64,000 bases of DNA from Eledone cirrhosa (GCA_964016885.1 OZ024745.1:77810001-77874000); one strand, 5' to 3'. Shown: positions 1 through 14,083, numbered from the stretch's first letter. Notes: generated by a model from the sequence alone, not told the origin. Numbers and translations are program-made.

Positions 1-2
1 AT

Positions 3-298
3 GCCCATACCCACTCCTTCAGAAGACCGGACAAAACAAACCAGACAACACTCGCCTCCTATGTTTGGGACCTCAAAAGGAACTCCACCCCCTTCACGCT
101 TAAATGGAAAATACTCCAGAAAGCGCGCTCTTGCAACGGAGGACACAAGGGCTGCGACCTTTGTATCTCAGGGAGCTACGAAATTTTTTTCCCAAGGACG
201 CGCTACTGAACAAACTTTCTGAACATTGCCCGAACTGCATGCACAAGAACTTTGCAACTTTCAAATACTTTAAGCCAGTGTTAAAGACCGATGGCTAA
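3..298 (+). pseudogene. Penelope-like element, C-terminus of GIY-YIG endonuclease (frameshifted fragment)
   Basis: Frame from 3 reads HTHSFRRPDKTNQTTLASYVWDLKRNSTPFTLKWKILQKARSCNGGHKGCDLCISGSYEI. After a shift at the T-run near 184-190 it continues DALLNKLSEHCPNCMHKN. This fits the PLE endonuclease tail pattern T.L..Y.W.LK...KW.I...CxLC...LLNK.SE...C.H. Confidence 0.75.
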
Positions 299-436
299 AA
301 ACGACCTCCTCCTATTGGCCCCTGTACCTCCTTCCCACCCTACCCCCACTCCTCCTCAACCTGAAATACGGCCACTATGGTTATGTGAGTACCTCTTACC
401 TATCTGCATTTTCTGCCTGTAGAGCTGTTTTTATGT

Positions 437-563
437 GCCCTGTGTATATGCGTATATTTATTGAGTACTTATTTATTTGTATGTGTATATATTTGTGTGT
501 ATGTGTGTATATGTATGTGTATGTATATGTATGTGTATGTATATGTATATGTATGTGTACACA

Positions 564-601
<38 letters not shown>

Positions 602-681
602 GTGTATTATATATATATATATATATAAATGTGTATATATATATATATATATGTGTGTATATATGTATGTGTGTGTATGTG

Positions 682-739
<58 letters not shown>

Positions 740-868
740 GTGGTGTGTGTGTTTATATATTTGTGTATGTGTTTGTGTGGTTCTCTCTCTGTGTGTGTAT
801 TTATTTATTTATTTATTATTTTTATATGTGTGTATATATGTGTATATATGTGTGTGTGTGCGTGTATT

Positions 869-917
<49 letters not shown>

Positions 918-947
918 ATATGTGTATATATATGTATATATATATGA

Positions 948-1031
<84 letters not shown>

Positions 1032-1122
1032 GTATATATGTGTATATGTGTGTGTGTATGTATGTGTGTGTAAGTGTATGTGTGTATATGTGTATATGTG
1101 TATATATATATATGTATATGTG

Positions 1123-1166
<44 letters not shown>

Positions 1167-1761
1167 CACCCCGTCCCGCCACCCACACCCCCACCCCATC
1201 CACACCACCCCGTTCTATGTAAAGTTATGTTGGTGCCGCGCCATCGAGGCCGAAACAGATGAGATCGTGTAGGTGTCACGACAAAAAAACACACAGTCCA
1301 CGCTGTAATGTGGCCGTGTAGGCGACACGGTAAAAACCTCCCAGACCCACACTGTAAATGTGGTTGGTGTTAGGAAGGGCATCCAACTGTAGAAAACCTG
1401 CCAGACAGTCCTATGCGAGCGTGGAACACGGACGTTAAACGTTGATGATGATGATGATGATGATATATGTATATGTATATGTGTGTATATGTATATATAT
1501 ATATGTGTGTGTATATATGTATGTGTATGTGTATGTGTGTATATGTGTGTGTATATGTGTGTATATATATTTGTGTGTATATATGTGTATATATGTGTAT
1601 ATATATATGTTTATGTATGTGTGTAGGTGCGTATGTGTATATATATATATAAATATATATATCTATATATATGTATATATATATATATGTATGTATTTAT
1701 ATATATGTGTATATATATATATGTGTGTGTGTATATGTGTATATGTAGGTGTTCGTATGTA

Positions 1762-1811
<50 letters not shown>

Positions 1812-1812
1812 A

Positions 1813-1847
<35 letters not shown>

Positions 1848-1903
1848 TATGTGTGTGCGTGTATATATATGTGTGTGTGTGTATATGTATGTATGTATGT
1901 GTA

Positions 1904-1944
<41 letters not shown>

Positions 1945-1959
1945 ATGTGTATGCGTGCA

Positions 1960-1992
<33 letters not shown>

Positions 1993-2007
1993 GTGTGTAT
2001 ATGTGTA

Positions 2008-2059
<52 letters not shown>

Positions 2060-2118
2060 GTATATGTGTGTATATATACGTGTGTGTATGTGTGTATATA
2101 TGTATATATGTGTATATA

Positions 2119-2165
<47 letters not shown>

Positions 2166-2217
2166 ATATGTATATATGTGTGTATGTATGTGTGTGTATG
2201 TATACATATATATATAC
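437..2217. repeat. Compound (TA)n/(TG)n microsatellite tracts (about 437-1162 and 1463-2217)
   Basis: Seen directly; explains the YI/CV/HT-rich ORFs. Confidence 0.95.
1290..1462 (+). mobile_element. 3' part of a SINE/LINE-tail repeat ending in (GAT)n
   Basis: GGTTGGTGTTAGGAAGGGCATCCA...GGACGTTAAACG followed by (GAT)n. A degraded reverse copy lies near 11450-11505. Confidence 0.5.
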
Positions 2218-2466
2218 TGATAGAATAACTATGTAGCTTGTTTTTCCTATCTTTGGTTAACTTTCCTCTGTGTTGTTTACTTGTCTCACTCGTTTTACGC
2301 GTTTTAATTGTCCTAATAACTTATTTTAGTTATTATTGCGCCAACGTGAGGTATATGATTTTTAATGCAATGAAATACCTGTGACCGTTGGTAAATCACT
2401 GATGAGGGACTCATTTTATAACATGTTATCCATGTGTAACCTTGCAGTATTCTTCACCCCATTTTT

Positions 2467-2505
<39 letters not shown>

Positions 2506-2783
2506 TATGTATGTACACGTACATACATATATGTATACAGACGTACAGCAGCATGCACACATATATATACATATATACATATACATATATATACATACAT
2601 ATATATACACATACATACATACACATACACATACAGGTACACATATATATATGTACGTATCAGTTTAGCGAACGTTTATTATAACGCTCGTTTTGTCCGT
2701 TTGTAAACAAGCGAACAGCCTGATTTATGCCATACGGTGTTAAGGCAACCACGTCACCTTTTTGTTCAACACTGACACAGGAA

Positions 2784-2824
2784 CGATGTACTAGTTTCAA
2801 GCTTGTTAGCTATCATCAGCACCG
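2784..2824 (-). ncRNA. Minimal type-I hammerhead ribozyme
   Basis: Reverse-complement copy of 3320-3360. Confidence 0.8.
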
Positions 2825-3319
2825 TATACCCTTCTGCCAGATAGTTGAACGTTCGAAAGTATATACTTTCCTTATGAAAATTAACGGCTGAGCAGCCTAA
2901 TTTGCATATCGAGTGAGTTCAGTCGGCCAGGCGTACCGAAAACGATAAATTGTAATATAATGAAACGAAATTTCATTTCTCACTCTTAGTATGGCACTTA
3001 CTTAAATGTAAGTATGTATGTACACGTACATACATATATGTATACAGACGTACAGCAGCATGCACACATATATATACATATATACATATATATATATACA
3101 TACATATATATACACATACATACACATACACATACAGGTACACATATATATATATGTACGTATCAATTTAGCGAACGTTTATTATAACGCTCGCTTTGTC
3201 CGTTTGTAAACGCCTGGCCGACTGAACTCACTCGATATGCAAATTAGGCTGCTCAGCCGTTAATTTTCATAAGGAAAGTATATACTTTCGAACGTTCAAC
3301 TATCTGGCAGAAGGGTATA

Positions 3320-3360
3320 CGGTGCTGATGATAGCTAACAAGCTTGAAACTAGTACATCG
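3320..3360 (+). ncRNA. Minimal type-I hammerhead ribozyme
   Basis: cggtg CTGATGA t agc taacaa gct t GAAA ctag TA catcg. Stem I cggtg/catcg, canonical core, stem III palindrome ACTAGT. Confidence 0.8.
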
Positions 3361-3699
3361 TTCCTGTGTCAGTGTTGAACAAAAAGGTGACGTGGTTGCC
3401 TTAACACCGTATGGCATAAATCAGGCTGTTCGCTTGTTTACAAACGGACAAAGCGAGCGTTATAATAAACGTTCGCTAAACTGATACGTACATATATATA
3501 TGTGTACCTGTATGTGTATGTGTATGTATGTATGTGTATATATATGTATGTATATATATATATGTATATATGTATATATATGTGTGCATGCTGCTGTACG
3601 TCTGTATACATATATGTATGTACGTGTACAAACATACTTACATTTAAGTAAGTGCCGTACTAAGAGTGAGAAATGAAATTTCGTTTCATTATATTACAA

Positions 3700-3799
<100 letters not shown>

Positions 3800-4462
3800 G
3801 GTGTATATATGTATATGTGTATGTGTGTGTGTTTATGGGTGCGAGTGTGTGAGTGATTGTATTTTTGAATGAGTCTGTTGATTTTTGGCATATAGTTGAA
3901 TAGTTTAAGAGAAATTTGAAGATAATTGTATGATATGCACTCAATATTTTGAATTTGTCCACAGAATTCTCTAAACCTTTGTCACTTAGTAGAATTGTCA
4001 CTTAAAGAATTTAGCTTTTAAAGAATCTCCCTTTCCTTTAAATCTATCAACCATGACTGACCCCCACTGATCTTATAGACACCTGTTAGCTTAAGAGAAA
4101 CTTAATAATAAGGAGTGGCACCCCATCCTGAACCTGTTTATAGAATTCTTTCTGCCTTTGTTACTCTAAAAATAAAAATAAACTATAGCTTTGTAGAATT
4201 AGCTTTAATGAATTCCCTTTTCTATCAACCAATGACCTACACCCATCCTACTCCCCACCCTCACCTACCACTTGAAGAGACCTATAATTACCATACTTAT
4301 TTTTTGATACCCAGATTCCTGATGATTTCTAAAGAATGAAACAGTTCTAGTCCTGTAGAATCTCATCTATATTAAAACTATATATATATATATATATATA
4401 TTAGAAAGTGAGGTTTTTTTTAAAAATTGAAAAATAACCGAGGTGTCCTACACGAGTGAAAG

Positions 4463-4759
4463 TATAAAGAAAAAGAGATGAAATCGAAAATGCAACTGGA
4501 GTCTTATTTTTTTTTTTTTAAATATATATATTTATTTGGTTCCTTTACCGGTTTCGCAGTTCTTCTGCTTTTCACAAGGAGAGTTGAGATGGAGGGTCTG
4601 TGGTTTTCCTCACAGATGTGGAAAAATCAAGACCCTCCATCTCAACTCTCCTTTTGAAAAGCAGAAGAACTGCGAAACCGGTAAACGAACCAAATAAATA
4701 TATATATTTAAAAAAAGAAAAATAAGACTCCAGTTGCATTTTCGATTTCATCTCTTTTT

Positions 4760-4766
<7 letters not shown>
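4463..4766. repeat. Foldback (about 137 bp arms, 30 nt loop) ending in (TA)n
   Basis: 4463-4599 is the reverse complement of 4630-4766 with a few substitutions. Confidence 0.9.
4649..4688 (+). ncRNA. Hammerhead motif, U3-A8 core variant (partner copy 4541-4580 on -)
   Basis: tcctt TTGAAAA gcag aagaa ctgc GAAA ccgg TA aacga; stem III palindrome ACCGGT. The minus copy has perfect stem I tcctt/aagga but G at core position 3. Confidence 0.6.
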
Positions 4767-4826
<60 letters not shown>

Positions 4827-5978
4827 CGACGTTACCTGGGAACTTATATAAAGTTATGGGATGTTAGCTGGAGTCATTTTGTTTTGCATTAGACGTAAAC
4901 GGAGCCTTGGCTTATGTCAAGGTAGCGTGACATTCGGTATCACTAGAGTAGTTTTATCTGGTACTTGAAACATTGCAGAATGACTCCAAAACTGGTTTCT
5001 CCTGCGTTTCATCATGCTTGGTTCCTGTATACTCTAGCATTAGCACCGTCAACACGCATTTCTTCTGACCTGATGGATCCTTGAACCATGCATATTCTTA
5101 ACCATCTTGCACATCTTGTTGGTTCGTCTGAATGTATTTGTGACCCCTCCGATTCACAAAATCCTAGGAGTAGCTTCTCTTAGATAAATTCGCAGCTTTA
5201 TTGCTGTGAGTATACTTTTCCTCAAAAGATTCAAATAAAGCTGCTAACCCTCACTCTCGAGTTGCCTTCTTTGCGGAGTACCCTTTGCTACACTTGATGT
5301 CACCATTCTGTTCTTGTTCCTCGACTTAATTCTGGTGGTCATTGCTTGTTCCAGTTAAGATATTGAACAATGAAAACTAAATTAATTTTTTTTAGTTAAA
5401 TAATACATATGTAGCTTTCTTTTAACATTATAATTTCTATCTTAAAATGAGTGTGGAATAATCTCTTGTATATTTCGATTATACAAACATATAGCTATTT
5501 CGTCCATCTACTACTGGACCATCTTCACTTAATTTACGGAAAATGATTGAATCATAAAGAAAGATGTAAAGACTAAGGGACAGATTTCAAACACAGAAAC
5601 TTGACATTTAAAAATGTACGATGAATCGGTGGAAGGACATATCCAATGCTCATAAATAACTCTGCAGCTATCTATTCACTTTAGCCGTAAGTACAATTAC
5701 GATAACATATGCCGACCAGACATGACACTTGCTTGCGGGGGAAAAAATGTAAGTCAAGATATTGAACAAAGAAAATATTTTTTCTTATTTGGGTCGACTG
5801 GCTTGCCATTGAGTAAAAATCTCTTAGAATGAACATAACAAACAAAACTGATAAAATAAGATAGTCTGGTTTAAATTTCATTTTGTCATGGACCAGCGTC
5901 TTCTATTTCTACAAATAGATACCAATCCTTATTAGTATTAATCAACAATCTATAGTAAGTAAGAATTGTAACAAATTG

Positions 5979-6019
<41 letters not shown>

Positions 6020-6195
6020 CATGTACATGTGTGTGTATGTGTGTGTGTGTATGTATGTGTATGTGTACGTGTGCATGCATACGCGTGTGTGTATGTGTGT
6101 ACGTATGTGTGTTTGAGTGTGTGTGTATAAGTTAAAATTGACCTTTTGTTACCCGATTTGACTTGTATCCCGCTAAAATAAGATTTTGGATTAAG

Positions 6196-6239
<44 letters not shown>

Positions 6240-6439
6240 GTACACACATATATGTACGTTTGTGGTGTGTGTGCGTTTGCAATTACTTCCTTCATCATTC
6301 CATGCTGATACACATAGTTAACATTTAGTTGAACATTTTTTTATCTGCACAGAGACTGCTTTATTTGATTAAATACGTTAAAGTAAGTAAATGTAACGCC
6401 ATTATGTGTGTGTATGTGGATGCTTGTATATACAATCAT

Positions 6440-7085
6440 AGTTTGGTTATATGATCTATTTCTTAAAGTGCTGGCCTAACAATCTTAAGGCCGTCAGTTT
6501 GATTTCCGGCAGCATGTTTTGTTCTGGATCAATACATCGTATTTTACGTTGCGCCAGTCCATTAAGCTGGCAAAAATGTGTTGAAACCTGTACTTCGAAA
6601 AAGACCAGCCTTTCCAAACAGCGTATCACATTGAAAACTACGTTAAGGATACGCCTGCCTGTGGAATGCAGTCACTTGAAGGTTAATTTTCAAGAGCAGG
6701 TTGAGCCGTAGTTCGAACAACCCCAACACATTGTCTGACTCGAGCAAGGTCCAATGTAAATGAGGTCCAATGTAAACAAAATGACACGTAAATATGATTT
6801 AATTATATATATGTGTGTGTTGACTATCCGTCGGTTCAGATGAAGAGTGTTCAAGTTGATATGGTCAACGGAAGAGCTTGCTTGTGAAATGTATGTGCAA
6901 GTAACTGAAGGTGTAAACATAACATAGTTCTCAGGGGGATTAAATATAACACAGTGGGACAAGGCGGACCCTTCGATTTACAAGGGCGCAATTGCTTTTT
7001 GTCAGCTTTGGGAACTGAAGTAATGTGAAATAATGAATAAAGAGTTTTGATCAAGGACTCGAACTCAGTACCTTACGATGGGCTG
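6440..7085. mobile_element. Two degraded, oppositely oriented copies of the long tRNA-derived SINE seen at 10485-10805
   Basis: Shared blocks such as ACTACGTTAAGGATACGC...GTGGAATGCAGTCACTTG (+) and TAACATAGTTCTCAGGGG...GAACTCAGTACCTTACGAT (-). Confidence 0.55.
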
Positions 7086-7121
7086 AACATTATGTATATA
7101 TATATATATATATATATATAA

Positions 7122-7309
7122 GGGCGGTGAATTGGCAGTATCGGTAGAGGGTTGGACGCCATGCTTCCTAGGATAGTTACGTCCCTTTACATTCTCAGTT
7201 CAAATCCCGCCGAGGTTAACTTTGCCTTTCATCCTTACGGGGTCGATAAAATAAAGTACCAGTAATGTACTGGGTAATTGCTGGCCTTGTGCCTAAAGTA
7301 GAAACAATT
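7122..7309 (+). mobile_element. Short (~190 bp) tRNA-head SINE with Meta/MESC-like central domain
   Basis: A-box-like TGGCAGTATCGG, B-box GTTCAAATCC, then GTTAACTTTGCCTTTCATCCTTACGGGGTCGATAAAATAAAGTACCAG. More than 12 copies in the window. Confidence 0.85.
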
Positions 7310-7312
7310 ATG

Positions 7313-7351
<39 letters not shown>

Positions 7352-7391
7352 AAACATCGCGTGATTAACATTCTAATTAGATTAAGAATTG

Positions 7392-7446
<55 letters not shown>

Positions 7447-7673
7447 AATGAGAGGTACACAGATATATGTGTATACATACATATACATGCATATATACAC
7501 ATATATCTTTCATAAGTATGTGACATTGTGTATTGCCAACCTTAACCAGTGTTGTTCTATGACTAAGGGAGACAAAATCATGGGAATAATTAAATTGACT
7601 CTATATCAGAGCATTATAAAGAAAGAAGAAATAGAAATATTAGACATAAATAAATACCTATTTTTTCTTCAAA

Positions 7674-7765
7674 TTCCCGACTGTACAGTTTCGTGGCTAC
7701 TTTGCAAAAATCCTATATCATAGAGATGTAGCATTCTTGTGAGGTTTGCCGACTTATCAAGAGAA
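7674..7765 (-). ncRNA. Type-I hammerhead, U3-A8 core, long stem II
   Basis: ttctc TTGATAA gtcggc...gccac GAAA ctgtacag TC gggaa. Stem III palindrome ACTGTACAGT; homologous to 14443-14535. Confidence 0.8.
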
Positions 7766-8093
7766 TACCTCATGTAAAATTTATATATATATATATATAT
7801 AAATGTAATCTGAGCTTTTCGAATATTAATGATAATATTCGATTCGTTTGCAATTATGCAAACACCCTCTTTTTTAAAGCCGTCAGTAGAAAGAGCACCT
7901 CATTCTTGCTCTTGTGTTGGCATGTAAACAGAATTTCAGACACTAATGTTTCTGGATATTAGTCTTCATCAGTGCAGTACACTGTTCACCTGCCAACTGT
8001 CAGAGCTAGTGAAAATATGTGATATTTTCTAAAATATACAGTGACTGATTAGCCTGATTTGCATATTTGCAATTTTCGATGATTCTATATCTG

Positions 8094-8622
8094 TATATAT
8101 ACAGTACAGATATAACTGGGACTGCGTCAATGCTTATATAAATTTACATATTGACTCTATAAACATGTAAACATAGTCTTATCAAATGATCTGTATAATC
8201 AGCTAAACAAACCATGAGTTAATACGTAAATGGAGGGCTTATATACTCTATTATTTATAGTAGTATCCTGAAATGGGGGTACTAATTTGCATAATATTAG
8301 TGTTCATGCTGGTAGATAATTTTGATATTAAGTTGTGCAGTAAACGGCCAAATTATATAATTTCACATAGGCATATATACAGTACTGAGGTAACCGAGAC
8401 TGCATAATGCGTATATATATATATATATATTTGAAAATTGAGTATATAAATTTGTAAATATGTCAAAGTTTACGCATTACTCGGTAAATTGTAAAAATGA
8501 TAAATATTTTCAATGGATGTTTTAAGCGTTTTGGATTCTCATCTAGAAATATGTATATCTAAACAACCACACGGAAATAAGTCACTTATAATAGTATCCT
8601 AAGATGGGTGTACTAATTTTCA
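8094..8622. repeat. Diverged tandem duplication (~280-330 bp)
   Basis: TATATACAGTAC..ACTGC..AATGC and TAGTATCCT...GTACTAATTT.CAT each occur twice. Confidence 0.5.
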
Positions 8623-10484
8623 TGTTATAAACCAAAAGGATATAATTGTAAAAATTACTATTGATGTTAAAAAAGGACGTGAATCACTGCTGGAACTGCC
8701 CACTTAGCAATGCCATTATGAACACACTAATCTAAAGACAACGACGCTATGTTTTGCATTCTCTTACCAAAACCAGCCAATTTGTTCAGTAAGAAACAGA
8801 ACTTACCACAACTGTAGAAAGATCAGACATTTTTTCACGAGCAGTTTGGTTAGAGTTATATATAATCCAACATAAGTATCTATAACACTTGCTACGAAAA
8901 GCGGGGTGCATCAAGGATAATAACTTGGAAAAACAACTATTAGACTAGTGATTAATCATACAGAAGCTTTACACGACTCGGGTTGTGGCCACGCCTTTAT
9001 GGATGATGATATTTGCAAGAATCTCTTCGAATTTGCAAGAATTTCTTCGAAATTAAACTATCTTTATGTGGTTGTTTGTTTGAAAATATGTGTGTGAGTG
9101 CATGTAAGTGATGTGCTTGACTGTGTGTGCGCGCTTGTGTGTGTGTATGCATATGTTTGTGGTGTGTATGTAGTGTGGGAGTGCATACATAGGTTCATTT
9201 AAGTTTACATACAAAGCTTAATAAAAGAACAAGCTGTAAGAAATCATTCGATGTAATACAAGTAACGAACTCATTATATCCACAGAAATAATAGCAAGCT
9301 GTCATAATTTGTTTCATGGGATTTAATTTCATTTCTTTGAAATATGGAGAAACTTTGGTTAATCCTACTTTATATAGTCAGTGTAGAAGAAAGGCTTGAT
9401 CACATAATTGAACAGAACATCAACGGAGTGGGTGTTGGCAACGTTAGATATATAACGATATAAACTTACATCATCGTTAAATGTTCTAGGTTTTCATTTA
9501 TGACTTTGTGTAAGCAAATTTACTATGTAGCGCCAATACATCAATATATGAAAACCACATAAATAACTTCTTGTTGCTCTTTAGCACCAGACATGTCAAT
9601 GCTGTGTTTTCCTTCCATAAATTAGTAGTGTGAGATTTGATGATAATTCGCTGTCATTTCTAGCAGGCTGCGTGATCACTTATATTCGCCTACATTAGAG
9701 TGATACATAAGTCGGTGTATGAACTGGCCCACTTCATTGCATATTAGTGTGAGAGTGATTTTTTTCTGTGTATTAGAGAAGGGATTATATATCTATGGAA
9801 ATATGGAAAGGTTTATTCCATCACGAATTGATGACTACTTTGCTCCTCCAAGCATTACAAATTGAATTATGCCCATATGTTACATAGGGAAATAATATAT
9901 TCTTTGTTCATGTTTAAGTTTTATTTTTTTTTTTTAAATCGTACCCTTTTTTTGAAATGAAAAACCTGATAAACACAAGACCCTTTTGCTGCCCTACATA
10001 TATAGCTCTTTGTAAAATAGTGATGGCAACGAGGTACTCTCTAAATGATTCACGCGATATGCTAGGTATAGAGGCTAAATCCCTCTGAAATCTCCCCGAA
10101 ATCGCACAGGAGACTTTGCAGGCCCATCGTCAAAACAGTTAATTTCATTCAGAAAAATATTCTATAAACTAGAACTGGCTAAATTTACATCAAATGAATC
10201 TGACATATTATGTATTAATCAAACCTAATGGCTATTAATATTTTTAACCTGTAGAGAAATAATAACGTTGCATATTCGGTCGACAAGAAATAGGTTTGAG
10301 CAGGTGGTCAATCGGCAGAGACATTATAATGCAAAATTTGAAAAGGATCTCTGCACTATGTGATCAAATACCTTCCATTTAATTTTGTCTTTCCTCCTGT
10401 TAGTATCGATAAATGAAGTTTAAGTCTCGGGGCTATGGTTTGGGGAAGAAGTATTTTGAATAAAACATATATAACCAATTTTTA

Positions 10485-10805
10485 CTGGCATTCCGTCGGT
10501 TACGACGACGAGTGGTTCAGTTGGTACGATCAACGGAACGGCCTGCTCGTGAAATTAACGTACAAGTGACTGAGCATTCCTCAGACACGCGTACCCTTAA
10601 CGTAGTTCTCAGGGAGATTCATCGTGACACAGAATATGACAAAGCTGGCCTTTCCAAATATAGACACAACTTATTCTTGCCAGCGGAGTGGACTGGAGCA
10701 ACGTGAAATAAAGTGTCTGGCTTAAGGACACAACGCGCCACCAGAAATCGAACTCATGACCTTACGATTGTGAGCCGAATACCCTAACCACAAATCCATG
10801 TGTCT
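10485..10805 (-). mobile_element. tRNA-derived SINE with CORE-like domain
   Basis: On minus: tRNA-like head GGTTAGGGTATTCGGCTC...GAGTTCGATTTC, then GTGTCCTTAAGCCAGACACTTTATTTCACGTTGCTCCAGTCCACTC. A partial copy lies near 40000-40120. Confidence 0.7.
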
Positions 10806-11816
10806 TTATATAAGCAATACTAACTCTTTAAAGGACAAATTAATGTGAATGTGTTAGAAATATATCATAAGTTGAGTAGCTTAAAGAAAGCTGAGAACTA
10901 GCAGGCAAATCAAAACACATGCAAAACAACACAAATACAATTCTATGTTAATTTATTGTTATAAGAGTATAGTATAATAATTTAAACAATGCAGTAGTCA
11001 ATAATAGTTCTTTCTAGGTGCCAAATAAGTATTCTTTAATAAAAATAGTGTTGCAGAAAAGACGTCTAGTATTCCTCATGTTTTCGCCCCCGGTAATATA
11101 TTTTAGAATGCTGAAAAGTGGCGGGACAAGCAGCTATTACGTCACTAGCAGACAGAACCATTTTCTTCAGATCTGATATTTTCATTCCTGTGGCCTTAAT
11201 CATATAAATTCTTTTATTTTCTCCACCTGAAAAATTCTAATGAAAACACACACACAACTTAATGTAGAGTTTATAAATTTCTTTAAAGAAAGCTAAAAAC
11301 AATGACTTAATTTCCTAACATTATTTTAATCTACTCAAGTAAAAGGACGTTCATAGTCAATAAAAAGTAAATATTAACGTACAGTGACTTTGTTGTATAA
11401 GAGTTGCAAGGTGAAGCTATATATCAGGAGGTTAGACATACGAACCTTCATGGACTACTTTTTGAGGTGATGTTTTACAGCCAGATGCCCTTTCTGTTGT
11501 CAAAACGGTTAGTAACCTGTAAGACATGTAAAGATACAGTGAACCTATTATAAATTGGTTACACACGGCACTTAACTGGTTACACCCGGCCCGTAGTGAA
11601 ACTAGATAAACACCAACACAATATGTGACAAGCTGGTTAACTTTGAGCATTTAAGAAGAAAGTGTGTAGTTATATGTATACAAGTAAACTAATGGACCAT
11701 AACATGTATAGTAGCTGATTGAGGTCTAATACGTATTCTTATTTTTGATGAAGGATAAATACATATATCATTATTTCATTAGTTGAAACAGAAATATGTT
11801 TATAAAGTAAAGGTTC

Positions 11817-12070
11817 TTTTTAGAAGAGCTTCTATAGTCATGCAATATGAAATAAGAGGAGATAATCGCTACATTCCCTTTAAAATAGATATGCAATACT
11901 TAAGATGTTTTTAGAATAGAGCTTCCATAGTCATGCAATATGAAATAAGAGGAGATAATCGCTACATTCCCTTTAAAATAGATATGCAATACTTAAGATG
12001 TTTTTAGAATAGAGCAATATGAAATAAGAGAAGATAATCACTACGTTTCTTTTAAAATAGTTATGTAATA
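11817..12070. repeat. Tandem repeat, ~93 bp unit, ~2.8 copies
   Basis: GCAATATGAAATAAGAG.AGATAATC.CTAC at about 11842, 11935 and 12013. Confidence 0.85.
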
Positions 12071-12304
12071 CCGTTTACATGTATCATACACCATCCAAAA
12101 TACTTTCACCAATTCCCAAGCTTTTTTTTTCTGATATTTACATTGTTGATATTTTCTATTACTTCGATAGCAATACATCAAAAGACTAATCTATTTCTTG
12201 ATATCAGATAGTATAAGCTTAAATTAGCATTCACAGCACTTTTCCTAAGTGATAAGTGTTATGGAACAACAAAAGAAACATAATCAAGCTAAACAAGAGT
12301 TGAT

Positions 12305-12400
12305 TCTGTGAATCACATGTGTGATAACTGAGGGGCATATGACTACAACATTTCTGTGAATCACGTGTGTGATAACCGAGAGGCATATGAATATAACATT
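12305..12400. repeat. Tandem duplication, ~48 bp
   Basis: TTCTGTGAATCAC.TGTGTGATAAC.GAG.GGCATATGA twice. Confidence 0.8.
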
Positions 12401-12714
12401 TTGTACAAAGCAAGTATTGTGAAATTCAACCAAGCAGTAAATTACTTTTTCAAAAAAATGTATTTTTAGCAACAAGAGATAGTCAGGAAGCTGTATGACT
12501 AGACCAACACTTGTATTCAGTAGCAATTGTACAATTTTTCGTGAGTGTGACAAATTTAAAGAGGTCTCTACAATTATGCAAGTAATCATCAACGCTATCT
12601 ATGGTATTGTTAGGGCATCAGTGAAGATTTCGAATTACCCCCCCCCCCCTCTTCTTCTCCCCCCGCCTCCTCCTCCCCTCCCCCTTCTTCTTTTTTTTCT
12701 TCTTCACCCACTTA

Positions 12715-13030
12715 TTCCTGGAAGGGAGAGGGTCCTGTTTGAAGCAACCATGTCCAATTGATCCGAGAGGATCTCCAAGCGAGACCAGCCGAGTTCATAG
12801 ATGTTATCCAACAATCATGTTCAGGATTCTACCTGGAGTGATAATCTGATCTCCTAGCTATGCACTCTATCGAGTAACAGTACTCCAAAGACCCTTCGGA
12901 GGAACCCCCATTTCGGACGCTTGTATTCGCGATTGATTTCTTTGTCATTACCCAAGATTTATGACCATAGGTAGTGCTTGGCATGAATACCTAATTGAAG
13001 ATAAAGAGTTTGGCTTTTCTACCTAGCTTG
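12715..13030 (-). mobile_element. RTE-clade LINE 3' remnant
   Basis: Homologous to 48635-49030 and 55560-55910 (CCCTTCGGAGGAACCCCATTTC block). Confidence 0.65.
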
Positions 13031-13894
13031 CTCATTACTGAATGTGAAATCTCACTCTGGTTTTAATATATACACTCTGCCTTAGCATAGACTGCTGGCT
13101 TTTGTACCATGAGAAATGTATTGAATGTTACGAATACTTTAATACAAGTAAGGAAATGTAGAAATATGTTATATAAACAATATACATGTAAAACAACGAT
13201 GTAATTAAATGTACTATATATTAATAGCAGCAATCAGATCTGGTGAAAAATAAAACAACATAAAGTTTTTATTGAAGCGAATTAGATACATGGTTTAACT
13301 ACATACACTCGGGCTCGGGTCCCAAATAATAGGGGTTAATATGCGAGGCGGGCAGGGATAAGTGGGGGAGGGGATAAATGAGGGAATTGCTAAATCGGTA
13401 ATTGCATAGTGTACGTTCGTAATTATGGATTTCTTGTAATGTTCTTTTATGTCATATGTGTTTTTTTCATGTAGAATAAAATTATAATTAGATTCTCCAG
13501 CTGCTGTATCAATATGAATCATCTACAATAACATTTCGTCGGAAATAAATTAGCAAAATTTATTAAGCAGGGGGATGGGTGAAATAAAGGCAGGGGTGGT
13601 GGAAAAAATCTAAAAAGTTAATAAGCGTGGGGGGGGGGGGGATTATTGAAGATCTGGGGTAGATGCTAATATAACTACGTGAATGGCATTCTATGTACAA
13701 AAAAGAAAGAATATAAATTTACAAATCTCCGTATATATGATGACATTTAGTAGAATTCATTTGTGACATACAAGGTAAGCAGCTACGCCTTTTTGTGGTG
13801 AATATATACTGTTGTAAACAAAACATATTTATAAATAGAATTCTTCGCACTCCCTCTCTCTCTCACACATTCTTTTGCTCTCTATATCCTACTG

Positions 13895-14083
13895 TCGTGG
13901 ATTGGCAGTATCGGTAGAGGGTCGGACGCCATGCTTTGACGCATTGAGTTACAGCCCTTGCCATTCTGAGTTCAAATCCCGCCGATGTTAACTTTTTCTT
14001 TCATCCTTACGGGGTCGATAAAATAAAATACCAGTAATACACTAGGATAATTGCTGGCCTTGTGCCAAAAGTAGAAACAATTA
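13895..14083 (+). mobile_element. Short Meta-like SINE copy
   Basis: Near-identical to 7122-7309. Confidence 0.85.

Noticed and set aside
385-2236. Many long overlapping ORFs ([12 protein letters not shown]), here and at other microsatellites
   Set aside because: They are translations of dinucleotide repeats, which lack stop codons.
2395-2450. CTGATGAG core-like motif
   Set aside because: No GAAA or stem III follows, so the hammerhead is incomplete.
7122-7215. tRNA-like A and B boxes
   Set aside because: These are SINE heads, not tRNA genes; no cloverleaf forms.
11817-12400. Repeats considered as CRISPR-like arrays
   Set aside because: Plain tandem duplications without unique spacers, in a eukaryotic context.
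13295-13665. Possible MITE with G-rich internal repeats
   Set aside because: Terminal inverted repeats are too degenerate to support a call.
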